From Epiperipatus broadwayi (Eukaryota; Animalia; Onychophora), in NCBI GenBank assembly GCA_028023455.1, contig JAQFVV010000007.1:9238001-9302000 (forward strand): a stretch of DNA of 64,000 nucleotides. Direction: 5' to 3'. A program made the translations under genes and the position numbers. The notes beneath the pieces were generated by a model that was not told the DNA's origin, did not search any database, and saw only the letters and a list, made by a program, of their open reading frames with translations. Positions 12,721-26,249 of this stretch are shown here, in pieces (positions within the stretch are counted from its first letter, which is position 1; each line of letters opens with the position of its first letter).

Positions 12721-13130
12721 ACCAGTGACAGTACTAGCATGTGGATCAAACCAGGGACTTAGATTCACAAACACTGAACTTAAGGTGATGCTTTAACCAA
12801 CTAGTCTGTAAGAGAAAATTGACATGCTTATGTATGATGACTTCTCAACTTTTTTCATGAAGCACGGTTAATGAGTGATCTCCAAATATCCTTGAGAACA
12901 AAGTGGAGAAATCAAAATCTTTATAGATAAATATGTAAACATTTTACTAAGTCTTGCTTTTGATAGCCAGTTGGGCAAAGCATCATCTTAAATTCAGTAT
13001 TCATGAATTTAAACATTCTTAGTTTGATTCCCATGCTAAAAATAGCACTGGTTAGACCAGTAACACTTGCAAAAGAGAGGAGAATAATACCATTTGAAAC
13101 ATTGTGTTATTTACTAACCTGTGTGACTAA
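12721..13130. mobile_element. Divergent pair of tRNA-headed arms around a ~130-nt spacer; right arm ends in a decayed HHR
   Basis: Left arm is the reverse complement of the 3650 head; right arm TAGCCAGTTGGGCAAAGC...TAGTTTGATTCCC; HHR stem I TAACAC (13061-66)/GTGTTA (13104-09) encloses ...TGAAACATT. Confidence 0.7.
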
Positions 13131-13199
13131 AAATTAAAATGTCCACACATTTTTGAGACATATTAACAAAATCACACTTTTCTTTATTTTGCTGTAATA

Positions 13200-13335
13200 T
13201 CCTATAAACCACTTCGAACACTTTTTAGCAAAATAAAGTGAATTGGCTCTGAAGAAGACTGCTGGCAGTCGAAACATAGGTGTATGTATATATGTATAAA
13301 TAAAGAGTTTTGCTAAAAAGTGTTTTGGATAAATT
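13200..13335 (+). mobile_element. Family E small HHR element with inverted tail
   Basis: CTGAAGA-A-GACTGC TG GCAGTC-GAAA-CA-TA-GGT at 13249-13281; tail GCTAAAAAGTGTT is inverted to AACACTTTTTAGC upstream; homologous to 54551-54746. Confidence 0.65.
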
Positions 13336-13610
13336 GTATTTTTGAGAAATTGCTCTCTAGACTTGTCACTTATCATAAGACAGAACACTCTAATAACAAT
13401 AATCTATTGCTTCTCTTTACATCCTTTTAGCATTTATCTAACAGTGAAACACAATATATTGTACAAAGATTATTTTTATTAGAAAGATCAGAAAGTGATG
13501 TGTAGAATAAAACATCCAAAAGAAATAAAAATGATCAAAGGTAATTAATTCTTTTGAATAATTTATTGCTGATAAAGTTGTATGAATCCCTATTATAGTA
13601 TTTACAAAAA

Positions 13611-14575
13611 CATATGAAAAAGATATATGATCGCCAAAATGCATATTTCATGCTGAATGAACACTCATCAGTTCATCCAGATCACAATCTTACATATATC
13701 TATATCATTGTTCAGTATATATATATAATTTACTACAATTTAATTGGTAAGTGCCAACCCTTCCACCTTCACAACTTTGACACAAACCCACTTAGCAGAA
13801 GTATATTAATAACTTTTATTAGTCATTCATTAAACTAGAGATAATCAAATTAATGAATAATATTTCTGTAGTGTAATTTTCATACTCCACTGTCAAGCAA
13901 GATAGGGACTGTTTTTTATCTGTTTTTAACATACTTCCATTAAGTAGTTTCTGTCAAGGTTGTGAGAGCATAAGTTTGACACATCAAGTAAGACATTGTG
14001 ATATGAGCCAACTGATAAGTGCTTGCTCAGCATGAAATATGCAACTTGGGGATCATACAACTTTTTCACTTGACTTTTGTCATATGTTTATGATTAAACT
14101 AGATGTTAAACCAGATAGAAACTAATCCCTATTTTGCATGAGAGTGGTGTAGTGAAAATTACATTTACAGAAATATTATTTAATGTATGCAGGATTCGAA
14201 CTCAGACTTTCACACGACTCCTAACTCCCCATACCATCTCATATTGCTGACCCACCTGATCACACACATGTTGAAAAGATAAATAATCACCAATACATGT
14301 ATTTTGTGCTAAACCAGCACTCATCAGTTGGTACAGATTATCATCTCCACACATATATACAATCAGTGCTCAGCTTTATATTAAGATAGCCAATCTTCAT
14401 ACTTTAATGGACTAGGCTTCAAATTACTCCAACCCACAACTCTTCAGCCTTCCATTTCATTGAAAATCTGATGATGGAACATTCAAAGCCCATGTTAGTG
14501 CCAAGGCTAGAAATATTATTTATTAAGTGGACAATCTTTAGTCTAATGAATGACTAATAAAAATTATTAGTACTG
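13611..14575. mobile_element. Family B1 HHR repeat: minus copy (13611-13935) joined to plus copy (13930-14575) that is interrupted by a B2 insert
   Basis: Decayed HHRs at ~13634-13673 (-) and ~14008-14049 (+); the plus copy resumes after 14508 with the B1 tail AGTCTAATGAATGACTAATAAAAATTATT. Confidence 0.75.
14183..14508 (-). mobile_element. Family B2 element (HHR + B-box) inserted in B1 with a 14-bp TSD
   Basis: TSD AGAAATATTATTTA at 14169-14182 and 14509-14522; HHR at 14289-14332 (-); B-box GAGTTCGAATCC at 14192-14203 (-). Confidence 0.8.
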
Positions 14576-16110
14576 TTAGTACGTGCATATTCCCCATTTT
14601 TAAATATTTGCCTAGAATTTTCTTGACTACACTGGCATAATGAATTGAATATTAGTTAGATATTGGATCCAGCTATTTATTATTAAATTACGGCAACTGA
14701 AATAAAATTTTGTTCCAATTTTAAATAACATTATCAGAAGTTACATAACGATAAAATTTTCAAAATTAAACTGTACAGTATTTAATAAATAATTACATCA
14801 GCTGGTTATTTTAACTAATTAAACAAACAATGCGTATTGATTATTTCGGAAGAGGAAGGTAGTTACGAATTTGGAAGCAATTAAAAAATAATTAAATTTA
14901 AGAGAATAAATATAAAAGCAAATAAATATTTAGATTATCAATCCATTTTAAAAAAGCCCATGCCTGTTTTTAATCTCTAAGTCTCAGATAGTGAAGGACT
15001 GAAGCCTTTCTCAGAGACGAAACTACAAGCCAATTCTCGTTAACACCTATATAATTAGCATAAATCGTTTTTTTTTCAAATAAGCAATACGCATTTTTTA
15101 ATTTAACAATTATATTACGTACAGCTTTTAATGAATTAAAAATAATGTCTAAATTTGGCAAACGGCCATAAAGTCCACATATTGTTTAATGAAATGACGA
15201 TTTTAGGGAAAGATATATAAAGTAAATCAATACTGAATCCATATCACAATATAAAATTATTAGTTAATGACTCATATAAATGTCTTAATGCTGTAAGAAC
15301 TCATTTATAACTCAGCAACTAACATGCGATGCTACTCAAATTATGATAAATAATGGCTAACAATCACAATAACATTATCAAAATGGTATTGCTGAGAAGT
15401 TTATAAGAAGTTTGAATACCTGAATGATAAATCTAAACTGCAGTTCTTATACTGAACTCCAGAATCTCCTGTTCTTTCACAACCCTAAGTCACACAAGTT
15501 GACAGTGATCAGGTGTAGTTTCTTCAATCTACTTTATCGATTATTTTAATAATCTCCATACTTCTTCTTTCTTTTTTATTCTTCATATAAATAAAGATAC
15601 AATAAAAGACAAATGACCTCCAAGATGCATTTCGTGCTGAACCACCACTCATCAGTTGGTCCAGATCACCAGCTCTCATATCTATATTACATGAAAAGTA
15701 TTTATCTATGGAGAATTGTCACATCTTTATTTACAACCGCCAAACGTGCTCCACTCACACCCTCGACTTCGTACATTTTTGATAAACCTAACTACGTTTA
15801 TCATTAATTATTTATTATACTAGAGTTTTTCTCTAGCACAGATAGAAACTTTAATCCAAGTTAAAGATTATTATATCTGATTTTTTACACACACACACAC
15901 ACACATGGCTTTTCACCTTCCTTCTTGTATGCGTATTATCGTATCTCGTCTACCTCAAGCAAAAAATATAACATATATGTGTATAATAGCTTATGAATAA
16001 TCAAGTCTTATGCTAATTATAGTAATGTAACTTAGCTTAATCAATGTAATTTAATAATCATTTTGATGGAATAAATAAAGCAGAAGTATTTCTTGATTTA
16101 CATTATTTGG
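14575..16110. repeat. Repeat D, copy 2 (carries a B1 fragment and a short CA run)
   Basis: Colinear with 8960-10140; extra ~350 nt around 15560-15900. Confidence 0.65.
15620..15659 (-). ncRNA. Type I hammerhead ribozyme, family B1, canonical core
   Basis: Minus strand CCAA-CTGATGA-GTGGTG GTT CAGCAC-GAAA-TGCA-TC-TTGG; G10.1-C11.1 pair, ATGCAT palindrome, one stem II mismatch. Confidence 0.8.
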
Positions 16111-16439
16111 GGGGAGGGGTCTTTATAAATCAAATTGTAGATACTTGCAAATAAACCATATTTTTCATGTTAATTATATTTCTATCAATGTAATGCCCCA
16201 CCGCCAATGTTTACAATTCAACAAAACTAAATATGTAGCATTGTAATATAGTTATTGATTTGCCTCTGAAGTGATTTCTATTATTGAATCATAATTATAT
16301 GTTGGACTATTTCTATCATAAATAATCGTTATAATGTCTTTAAAAAATTCAAAATGCTATATATTTTTTTCAAATACATTCAGCTGTCAGAAACAGTTCA
16401 CAGGTTAGAATATAACATAACATTTCAAGTGATATTATT

Positions 16440-16870
16440 ATTTCCTCTCCTTCTGATGTCGCTCTGATCAGTGAGCATGGAAATCAAACCAGGAAATACT
16501 GAATTTACGGTGATTCTTAACCAACTAGGTTAATCAGTCAAAGCCAACAATCAGTAGAAATTTTACATACTTATCTGTGACAGTTTCTTCACTTATGGTT
16601 AATGATTGACTTCAAACATCCTCAAGAAAAAAGTAAAGAAATCAGAATCATTACAAATAAATATATATAAAATTTCTACTGATTGTTGCCTTTGACAAAT
16701 TAGCCTAGATGGTTAGAGCAGCATCTTAAATTCAATATTCACAAATCTAAAGATCCTAGATGTGATTCTCACATGTGAAATATCATGGGTTAGGTCAATA
16801 ACATGTGAAAAAATGAGGGGAATAATATCACTTAAAACAATATGTTATATATTAATTTAAGTGCTGTTAA
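16440..16870. mobile_element. Second divergent pair of tRNA-headed arms with the same spacer and a decayed 3' HHR
   Basis: Inner inverted repeat CAACAATCAGTAGAAATTTTA / TAAAATTTCTACTGATTGTTG; spacer homologous to ~12830-12930; A-box TAGCCTAGATGGTTAGAGC; HHR stem I TAACAT (16799-804)/ATGTTA (16842-47). Confidence 0.7.
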
Positions 16871-17601
16871 TAATAGTTAAATGTATTAAAAAAGTTTAAA
16901 TGAAGTTTGAATTTTCCTAAAGGCATTTAACAATTAATCTTAGATGATACAAATAGTACAGCATATAATTACAAGTTAAATACCATAATCATCATCTCTC
17001 AGATAAAAATTCTATTTAATGCTTTTTAAAACATAGGATATTATATACATAAAATACTACTGTTCAAATCTTAAAGGCTTTTAAGTTCATAATATTAATA
17101 ATTGCAAATGGCAATTTAATACACAAGAAAAAAAGATATGGAGTTAGATCAATTTTACCATGAGTTGAAGTTTAATTAAAAGGCAGCTATGTTAATCTTT
17201 AACAATAATTTAAAGTTTAGATCTTGGCTTAGAAATGATATGATAAGTTTGATGTAATGAATCAGTAATAATTTTTAATGTTCTTATCTGAAGTTGATGG
17301 TGTCAAAGTTATGGGTTCAGAAAGTTTGATGCTGGTATGCTGAAATATTTATGAATACATGGTAAAGTATTGTTCAAGCTGACTGAAAAATATTGATAGA
17401 AAAAAGAGATGATGACTGTATTAATTATTCCATGTGATTGTGTTTAATTAAAAAGTAAATATGTTAATCTTTAACTGGGATTTATAAAATGTATCTGGAC
17501 TAGGAATGGCATAATTCCTAGAATAATAAATGATTGGTAATAATCATTAATGGATTTATAAAATCCTTGTTTTTTACTTCACCTTTGAGTGGTAAGTTTT
17601 A

Positions 17602-17924
17602 AATTGTGCTTTACGCAAAAAGTGAAGCTTATTATCCTTAGAAATAATTATACAGCTGAATGTATAATGATATGAAATGAAAGAGTAAGGAGGCATGCTT
17701 TATTGCAAATGACAACTATGCAATAAACGGAAAAGAATCATGCTTTACAATCTCCAGAAAATGGTCTTTATGAAAGAAAACATTGCATAAATTTTGCATA
17801 AATTACCACTAAACTTCGCTTAAAGTAGGCTATGAATATGGAGACTTAAGTTCTCTGAAAGCGCTCAGCCATATAATTCTTTTCTAATGATAATAAGCTT
17901 CACTTTTTTGTATAAAGCGCAATT
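17602..17924 (+). mobile_element. ~320-bp element with ~51-bp inverted arms and an internal HHR
   Basis: 17602-17652 is the imperfect reverse complement of 17872-17924; HHR at 17828-17870. Confidence 0.65.
17828..17870 (+). ncRNA. Type I hammerhead-like motif with A3-U8 core (ATGAATA)
   Basis: GGCT-ATGAATA-T-GGAGA CTTAAGT TCTCT-GAAA-GCGC-TC-AGCC: stems I, II and palindromic III can all form. Confidence 0.7.
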
Positions 17925-19786
17925 AATGGATTTATTTAAACTGTAAAGTGGGAAAGATAAGATTAGAAGAAGTTTAACACTTATAGATTAAATTGTAATA
18001 GAATACCTATAGTATCTGTTATAACCAAGTGATAACATTGTTCTATAAAATTTCTAAGGATTGAGATCATCTTGAATTGAATATCTACTTGATCCTCTAA
18101 ATGGTATTCAACCATGTCTATTCTTAAAATCTTCAAGTTTGAAATGATGTTCAGCTAATTATAAGATTGTGATCAATGAATCAAAATCATTCTATAACAC
18201 CATTCTATAAATCTTTCTGTACCATTGCTACCCAATATAAATACTAGTAATAAAGTATTATGGAAAGTAAATAAATAAATAAGTAGGTAAAATCAAAGCA
18301 AGATAGAGAAAAGGGCAATGAAGATAAGAAACTATATACAAATCAACTTTATAATGACTTATTAGAGAAAAAAAGATCCACCAAAATCAGTGATAACTAT
18401 TAAAATGAACAGTTGTAAAGAGCATCTTAGAATATACAAAGATAATTATATTGGATTATAAATCACTGGGTAAGGTAGCTGTTGCTGTTAATAATGCTCT
18501 TAGACTTATCAATCAATGGATCCATAGAAATATCATACTGTAATACTGTGAAGTTATTCTCTACTATGTCTGGTTAAAAAAAACTACATTCTGGGTTGTT
18601 GCACAGTTTCTGTTACAAAATTAGCTCTTGCCTTTAGCCATACAGACATCTACAAATATTTATCTTATATAAAAAAATTCACTATAAATTTATTAAACCA
18701 ATTTTCATACGAACTTCTAAATGTAAATAGGAATTTTATTAAAATTCAATTGTAGAACATGTAATTCATTCAGGATACTAAAAAAAAAAAAACCCTGTTA
18801 TGGCTCTATTTTTATTTTTGTTTCAATATCATTATAAACTTGTTAAATTAATTAAAGCAGTAAGACATATCAACTAAAGTTAGATGTTTTTTTTAAGCTT
18901 GAAATATTAATGATGGAAGCACATTAATATTTCTTGATATAGTTGTTTAAGAGGATGGTCAACTACTGCTAAAGATGATGAAGTATTATTGCTCAATTGT
19001 AGTACTCTTTTATCTAATTAGACTATAAATATCTTCAAGCAGGGAATCATGTTTAATTTATTAAAAAGCAGAAGTTTTATAACTTCCAGCTAACAAAATT
19101 AGAATACATTAGTAAACTTATTTAACATCCATTTACAACCTTAATTCACAAATGTTATTGCATAATATAAATTTATAATAAATAACTGTAGAATAAACAA
19201 TTATTCAAATTAATAGTTAATGAGACAAATAAATTATCTATGGAATAAATATGGTAGTGCAATGTCAGAAGGGTGGTTCTGGGATTCAAGGTTCACTGAC
19301 CAAAGTTCAAGTTTTGTCACTTCTGGTGCTCAGATGTCCTAAGATTTTCTGAATAAAAACTATTCTATTCACTGTTTTATGAGTAGAAGTATGATAATTT
19401 ATTTACAATAATAAATGGCAGACTCCAAGCTCAAAATCTGTCACATGCATTCAAAATTCTTAGGAACTCTCAAGCAATAAACCATTCAACTACTTTTTAT
19501 AGAATATACAGTAGACAGATGTTAATAATAACAGACAAAAAAACAAAAATGAAAATTATTACTAGTCTATTTTTTATTTAAATTCCCCTCTCCCCAATAC
19601 AACGGATTTCAAATTAAACCAGTTTACTTACATAGATGTGATGTTTATGACACCTTATAAAAAAAATTGTCTTTAATTTTGGAAGAAAAAAAAGATCACG
19701 TGATATTTATTGGTATGTTTAGGTTATTGAATTCAGCTAATCAAATTAAAAGTCAAGTTAATGGATTTACAACGTCTAGAATGTTT

Positions 19787-19901
19787 TTTTTTTTTTTTCA
19801 TATGTCATAGCATCGTCCGGGAGGTGAACCCACAACCATCTGCAACCAACTACTTGCTTGCAATTCGGCTGCGATGACCTCTCGGCTAACAATGCTTGAC
19901 A
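19787..19901 (-). mobile_element. Short tRNA-shaped SINE (TGC-type core), A-tail, 10-bp TSD
   Basis: TSD TAGAATGTTT at 19777-19786 and 19902-19911; acceptor-like stem GCATTGT/ACGATGC; A-box TAGCCGAGAGG. Confidence 0.85.
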
Positions 19902-20667
19902 TAGAATGTTTATAAAGTATTACACGTTTATAGTAATAAAACAAATCAGTTTCCTTTTTTAAGGTTAAACTTCATAGATGATTTTTAGTAATAATTCTCT
20001 GGCAACTGATACGCAATTAAATGTCTATATTTTTCAATTAATTTTAGACTTAAAAACAAAAAAAGAATGCGTTACTTTGAACAAAAATGGTTTTTTTAAA
20101 TGTTCAAGTATATCCCAATAAAAAAAGTGACCGAAAAGTGGTTATTTCGTTTTTTTTTATTACTTATTATTAAAATTGGTCCTCTTAAGACATAATATAC
20201 CACAACTTTAAAACCTGATGAAGCAGTCCTTGAAATCCACTGCCAAAATTACCTGTAGAAACTTTATCAGGAGCTTCTTGTTTAATATTGGAACCAAAAT
20301 CAGGATGAAAAATCAAGAGAAAAGAATGGAAGCCAAAAGACAACAATGCTTTTTTGGCCAAAACATTGCACATAATACACAATTTAAATCATATTAAATA
20401 TTTTAATTGCAGTTTTTCTTGCTTTAAAACAAAATTTAACCCCATAAATATGATTGTTAGGATGACCTCAAAGTATGCAATGGTGTTATTTTGCTGGATT
20501 TGCATTCATTTGATGGTGCAAAGTGGAACTAAAATAATAATTGAAAAAAATTTTTCAAGATATCAGTAACATGATAGCCAGCCTACAATGTTTCTGCTTG
20601 TAACACTTTGTTGGAGGATGTAATAATAAACATATGACCAAGGACATGTGAAAGAGATGTATGATCC

Positions 20668-20709
20668 CCAAGATGCGCATTTCATGCTGAACCAGCACTC
20701 ATCAGTTGG
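20668..20709 (-). ncRNA. Type I hammerhead ribozyme, family B1, intact
   Basis: Minus strand CCAA-CTGATGA-GTGCTG GTT CAGCAT-GAAA-TGCGCA-TC-TTGG; predicted AUC cleavage triplet; ATGCGCAT palindrome. Confidence 0.9.
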
Positions 20710-20804
20710 CCCAGATCACAATCTCTTATTCATATTTTTATCATTGTAGATAGATGGATGAATGGACAGATGAATGGATGGAAGGATAGACAGACAGACA
20801 GAGA

Positions 20805-21335
<531 letters not shown>

Positions 21336-21929
21336 TCATTTAATACTGTTCAATTGATAAGTGTCAAACTTACGGTTCTCACAACTTTGGCACAAATCAC
21401 TTGATGAAAGTACATTAATACATTTTATTAGGAATTCATTAGACTGGAGATTATCCACTTAATGAATAATATTTATATAATGTAATTAAATATCTAAATA
21501 TACTGAACAATGATAAAGACATGTGTAAGAGATTGTGAGCTGGGTCAACTGATGAGTGCTGGTTCAGCATAAAATTTTTGCATCTTGGAAATCAAACAAC
21601 TTTTATACGTCTTTGGTCATATGTAGAAATCAGTCCTATCTTCTGTGAGAGTGGTTTAATGAAAATTACAAAAATATTATTCATTATTGTATAATCTCTA
21701 GTATAATGAATGACTAATAAAAATATTAATATTATCACTGTTCTATGCACTTCATACAATGCAAATACAATATATTTATATTCAAACTCCCAAAAATAGT
21801 TTATTGTTTTGACAGTCCAACAGCCTTCTTCGGAGTTCTTTTTACTATTTAAAAAGCATTTTAGCTGTTACTAATATTTAATAATGACTGTTTGTTATAA
21901 TAACATAAATAAATGATAATTGAATAGTT

Positions 21930-22330
21930 TCCCACTAATAAAAATTATAATTATAAATATACTTCCATCAAGTGATTTGTGCCACTGTTGTGAGGGTGGT
22001 AAGTTCGATATTTATCAATTAAACTGTAGTAATTAGTTATCTATATGTGATGAACAATTATAAAGATATGTGTAAGAGATTGTGATCTGGGCCAACTGAT
22101 AAGTGTTGATACTGCATGAAATGTGCATCTTGGGAATCATACATCTTTCTCCCATGTCTTTGGTCATATGTTTATGATTATACCCCTCCAGAATGTGTTT
22201 AAAGCAAATAAAAACCAGCCCATACTTTGATTGAGAATGGTTTGTAGTGAAAATTACACTACAAAAAAATATTACTCAATAAATGGAGAATCTCCAGTCT
22301 AATGAATGGCTAATAAAAATTATTAATAAT
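21930..22330 (+). mobile_element. Family B1 monomer (period ~375 nt)
   Basis: CTAATAAAAATTAT recurs at ~21934 and ~22310; decayed HHR at ~22092-22133. Confidence 0.75.
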
Positions 22331-23129
22331 ATAATGGCATGTTTAGGTTACATTTAAATACATTGACAACATTAAACCATTTTGCAACAACATATTACCA
22401 TCAGTAAGCAAAAACAATGATCCCCATATTAGTTTCTAGACACTTAGCAGTTCGTCTTTTGCACAACGCTTCATAGTATTACTTCTACTATGCTTTTCAA
22501 ATGGTATCTTGATTATTCAGACATTCCTAAGTTTGAACATCACAATGTTTATTTATCATGAATTATTTTAAATCAAATGTAATACTTTCGATAAATAAAG
22601 TTGTAAATATTTTTTAAGATAAATTGAATTATAGTATATAATATTGGTTGTAATAACATTTCTTGTTTCAATGTGTACGTGTTTTTATTTATTTGCAGTA
22701 ACAGACAAATGCAATAAAATTTATTTTTATTCACGACACATTGCCAGAAATGGTTACTGACTTGGAAAATAAAATAAAAACTTCAAAATAGAAAAATAAA
22801 AGCAATAAGCAATAATATTAAAAATGACTTCTTTGCCATAAAAAAAAAAAACATGAAAAAAAAAAGACAATATTTTTATTTAACTAAACTAGAATAAATG
22901 CAAAAATGGTAAGGCGTTTTTAAAAAGTGTATTGTGGTTAAGGATTTCTACAACAGTACCCCTCACCAATTTTCTTTACGGGGGAGGGGGGGACAATAAA
23001 GAAAAACGTACTACCAGACCTGCTGTTAAAAAGGGAAAGGTTGGAGAGATTCTCCACTCAGCAATAGTTAAATATCCATTTATAGATAAATATCTGATGA
23101 CTCGTTATATAGTAAATTATAATATTTAA

Positions 23130-23900
23130 ATACTGTACAAGTATAATATATATATACTTAAGCTAGGTGTAATTAGAGGGATTTGAACCGAGACTTTCAA
23201 ACTGTCTTCAATCATCCATTCCATCTTATATAACCAATATACATGACGGCATACATGTAAAAAAGATCAATGATCTCCAATATATGTATTTCATGCTGAA
23301 CCAGCACATCAGTTGGTCTGAATCATCATCTCCCACATTTATATATAATCAGTGCTCGGATTATATTAAGATAGCAAATTTTAAAACTTTAATGGTCAGG
23401 CTTCAATTTTCTCCTCTCTTCAATTCTTCAGCTATTCATTCATATCATTAAAAATCTGATGATGGTATGTTCAAAGCCCTTTTTTGCCAACTTTATTGTC
23501 ATACTCATGTTGACCATAAGTCATTGCAACCCCTCATATGTAGGCCCTTTAAACCATTAAATACATAGAAGAGGGATGGGCAGAATACAGGCTGAATCTG
23601 TAATATTTAAAATACAATTATAGTATATATACTTAAGTTAGATATAATTAGAAGGGATTTAAACCCAGACTTTCAAGCTCCTTCAATTATCCACTCCATC
23701 TTATACAACTATCTTAATATAAAGTGAGCATTGTTTATACATATGTGTGAGAGTCGATGATCTGGACCAATTGATGAATGCTGCTTTAGCACAAATACAT
23801 ATACTAGAGTTCATTTAACTTTTTCACATTAAGTAGTCATATGTAAATGGAGTGGATGACTGAAGGGAGCTTGAAAGTCTAGGTTTAAATACCCTCTAAA
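23130..23900. mobile_element. Family B2 partial tandem on minus (period ~480 nt) plus inverted plus-strand fragment
   Basis: ATACTTAAG(C/T)TAG...GGGATTT(G/A)AACC recurs at ~23155 and ~23628; HHR remnants ~23277-23317 (-) and ~23766-23806 (+). Confidence 0.75.
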
Positions 23901-24158
23901 TAAATAAGATAGTATATTTGGATTTTTTTAATTGAATTAAATCTTAACACCCTGTCAAAGCAGGTGATCTTCGCACAAACAGATCTGATATGATTGATGG
24001 GCCATAGAGAAGATGAAATAATAAACTGCATAATATTTAGTCGATATCTTGATGTAAAGATTATCTATGACAGAATTCACAGTGTTACCCACCAAGATTG
24101 TGAGTCAATTTTACTATTACTACTAACTTTTCTCAGAGTTTCTTTCCTTTATTACATT

Positions 24159-24202
24159 GTTATGAATATGATATAATAATTAAGATATCGAAAGTGCTTA
24201 GC
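24159..24202 (+). ncRNA. Second hammerhead-like motif with A3-U8 core
   Basis: GTT-ATGAATA-T-GATAT AATAATTAAG ATATC-GAAA-GTGC-TT-AGC; perfect 5-bp stem II of different sequence from the 17828 copy. Confidence 0.6.
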
Positions 24203-24204
24203 TT

Positions 24205-24390
24205 ATATGTGTGTGGAGATAGTAATCTGGACCAACTGATGATTGCTGGTTTAGCATGAAATATGCATATTGGTGATTATTTATATTTTCAACATGTGTG
24301 TGATCAGGTGGGTCAGCAATATGAAAAGGCATGGAGAGTTGAGGGTCGTGTAAAAGTCTGAGTTCGAATGCCTTATATATTACATTATAT
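24205..24390 (+). mobile_element. Family B2 fragment (HHR + B-box)
   Basis: ACCAA-CTGATGA-TTGCT GGTTT AGCAT-GAAA-TATGCA-TA-TTGGT at 24231-24274; GAGTTCGAATGCC at ~24360. Confidence 0.75.
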
Positions 24391-26249
24391 ATAGGCAGAT
24401 GTGTGTAAGCCTGTACAGTGTATTAACTTATGTTTTTAAAATAACTACACTGAAGCTTTTCTTGTTTAGCATTCACTGGTTTAGTTAAGAAACGTTTACC
24501 AATTTATATGATTACATTACTACTTTCAATTTATCGGCTCTCTAAGGCAATAAATGAACATTTATATATATGACTGAAACTCAGAAATATATCCAAATGC
24601 AATAATTAATAAACTCACACAAAAAGAAATCGTAACCAAAAATTGTTAACTATCAAATTTTACCATCAGATTTGGGGCAAAGTGGAGCTACTAGAAGGAA
24701 TGACCACTACTCCCACCCCCGAAATTACTTTGTAAATGTATTCTCATTGCATTTACTGATTTAGAAGTAAAAGTTATTCAGTCATATTTTTTGATGCTAT
24801 CTACTAACTATATATTAACTTTTAGAAAGTGAAATAATTAGTGAAAGATAAAATTTGCCTTTAAAGAATAGATAAATGTATGACGCTGTACCTAAGAATA
24901 CACTTCATTATTATATATCTATATACTTTAAATGTATGTTGATTAGAAATAAACTATATTACGGAAACAGAAAGCAGGGGCAGATTATCATTAACGTTGA
25001 TAAGTATGATGAAGATCACAATACCTACTAACTACCTCAACCAACCCTTTGAGCATCCACGCATTGATCATACACACATGTAGAACTCAGTCCGAGTGAC
25101 TAACCGATCAATTATTTTTAATTTTTATAAACGTAAACTCAAAATTATTTAAGTTATTTTACTATTACCCATCAAACTTAAATTTAGATAGATTCTTATC
25201 AATTTTAAAAGTTTGTTTCTCATTAAGATTATTGTAGAACTTTTAACATTTTCTTCACAAATAGCTGAACTATATAAAATCCATATGTAAAATTAAAACT
25301 TTTCTATTACGTAGGAATCTTCATAGAAAAAAATTGTTTTATATTTATATAAAGTTAATTAAAATAAACACCATTATACGGTCTTAAATTATCACAGTGA
25401 TATAATATCAGTATCTGAATACGCATTCATAACTGAACCATCTTAAATCATGACGGATTCAATTATAAAGGAGCAGATTAATACTAACAATCCCTTTTCA
25501 ATTAAAATTTCTAGATTAGTTGTCTCAAAATTAAACGCTTACAGATGAACTGAAGTTTTCAGTTCCTTACTAAAAACATCAATTAAGTTCCCTTTGGGGG
25601 GGGGGGGGGGTCGAGAGCAAAATCAGTTAATCGACTAAGAAATGTACGTGGTCTACAACTTTGAATTTAAATTACAGATAACCTCATGAAAAATTATCTT
25701 AATATGTCAAAGTGCAATTCAAAATATTCTAAACATTATAATTTATTAATCTGCTAACTTACATTAGTAAGATTTATTTTTCTATTTATTATTAATCTTA
25801 CAAGACATTTATAATTCATATAATAATTACTGATATCAATATGATTTATGAAAAAAGACTCCAGCATTCATAATATTTATTGTATGTGTGTTTATATATT
25901 TGTAATGTTACGGGCTACAGGTGAATAGAAAGATTAGCTACATAAAATAATTCTTTTGTATATAAAAAAAAATATCGGAAAAGTTAAATTATCATACCGC
26001 CTCTTTACCAGCCCTCCTAGTAGTAACTCAACAATGACTTTTCCTTGCATTTACGGTTGATATAGGTCAAGACCATCACATAACCAACATATAATTGTAA
26101 TCACTATTATCTATAATAGTAGTTTTTATAAAATTGGAAACCAATTATTATTATTGCTATCATCATCATCATAATAATAATAAAGCAACCTTTCGTAAAA
26201 GACTATGACCATTTGAACTTCAAAAACATAGAAAATATGGGGGGACGAC

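Noticed and set aside
19250-19345. Possible tRNA-derived repeat similar to ~38255-38345
   Set aside because: Similarity is modest; no convincing A/B boxes, TSD or tail.
20215-20255. HHR-like CTGATGA-A-GCAGT...ACTGC-CAAAA
   Set aside because: No stem I or stem III/UH could be formed; probably chance or decayed beyond support.
20420-20530. piggyBac-like PHKY...NGVILLDLHSFDG
   Set aside because: Single short weak resemblance with stops and no second motif.
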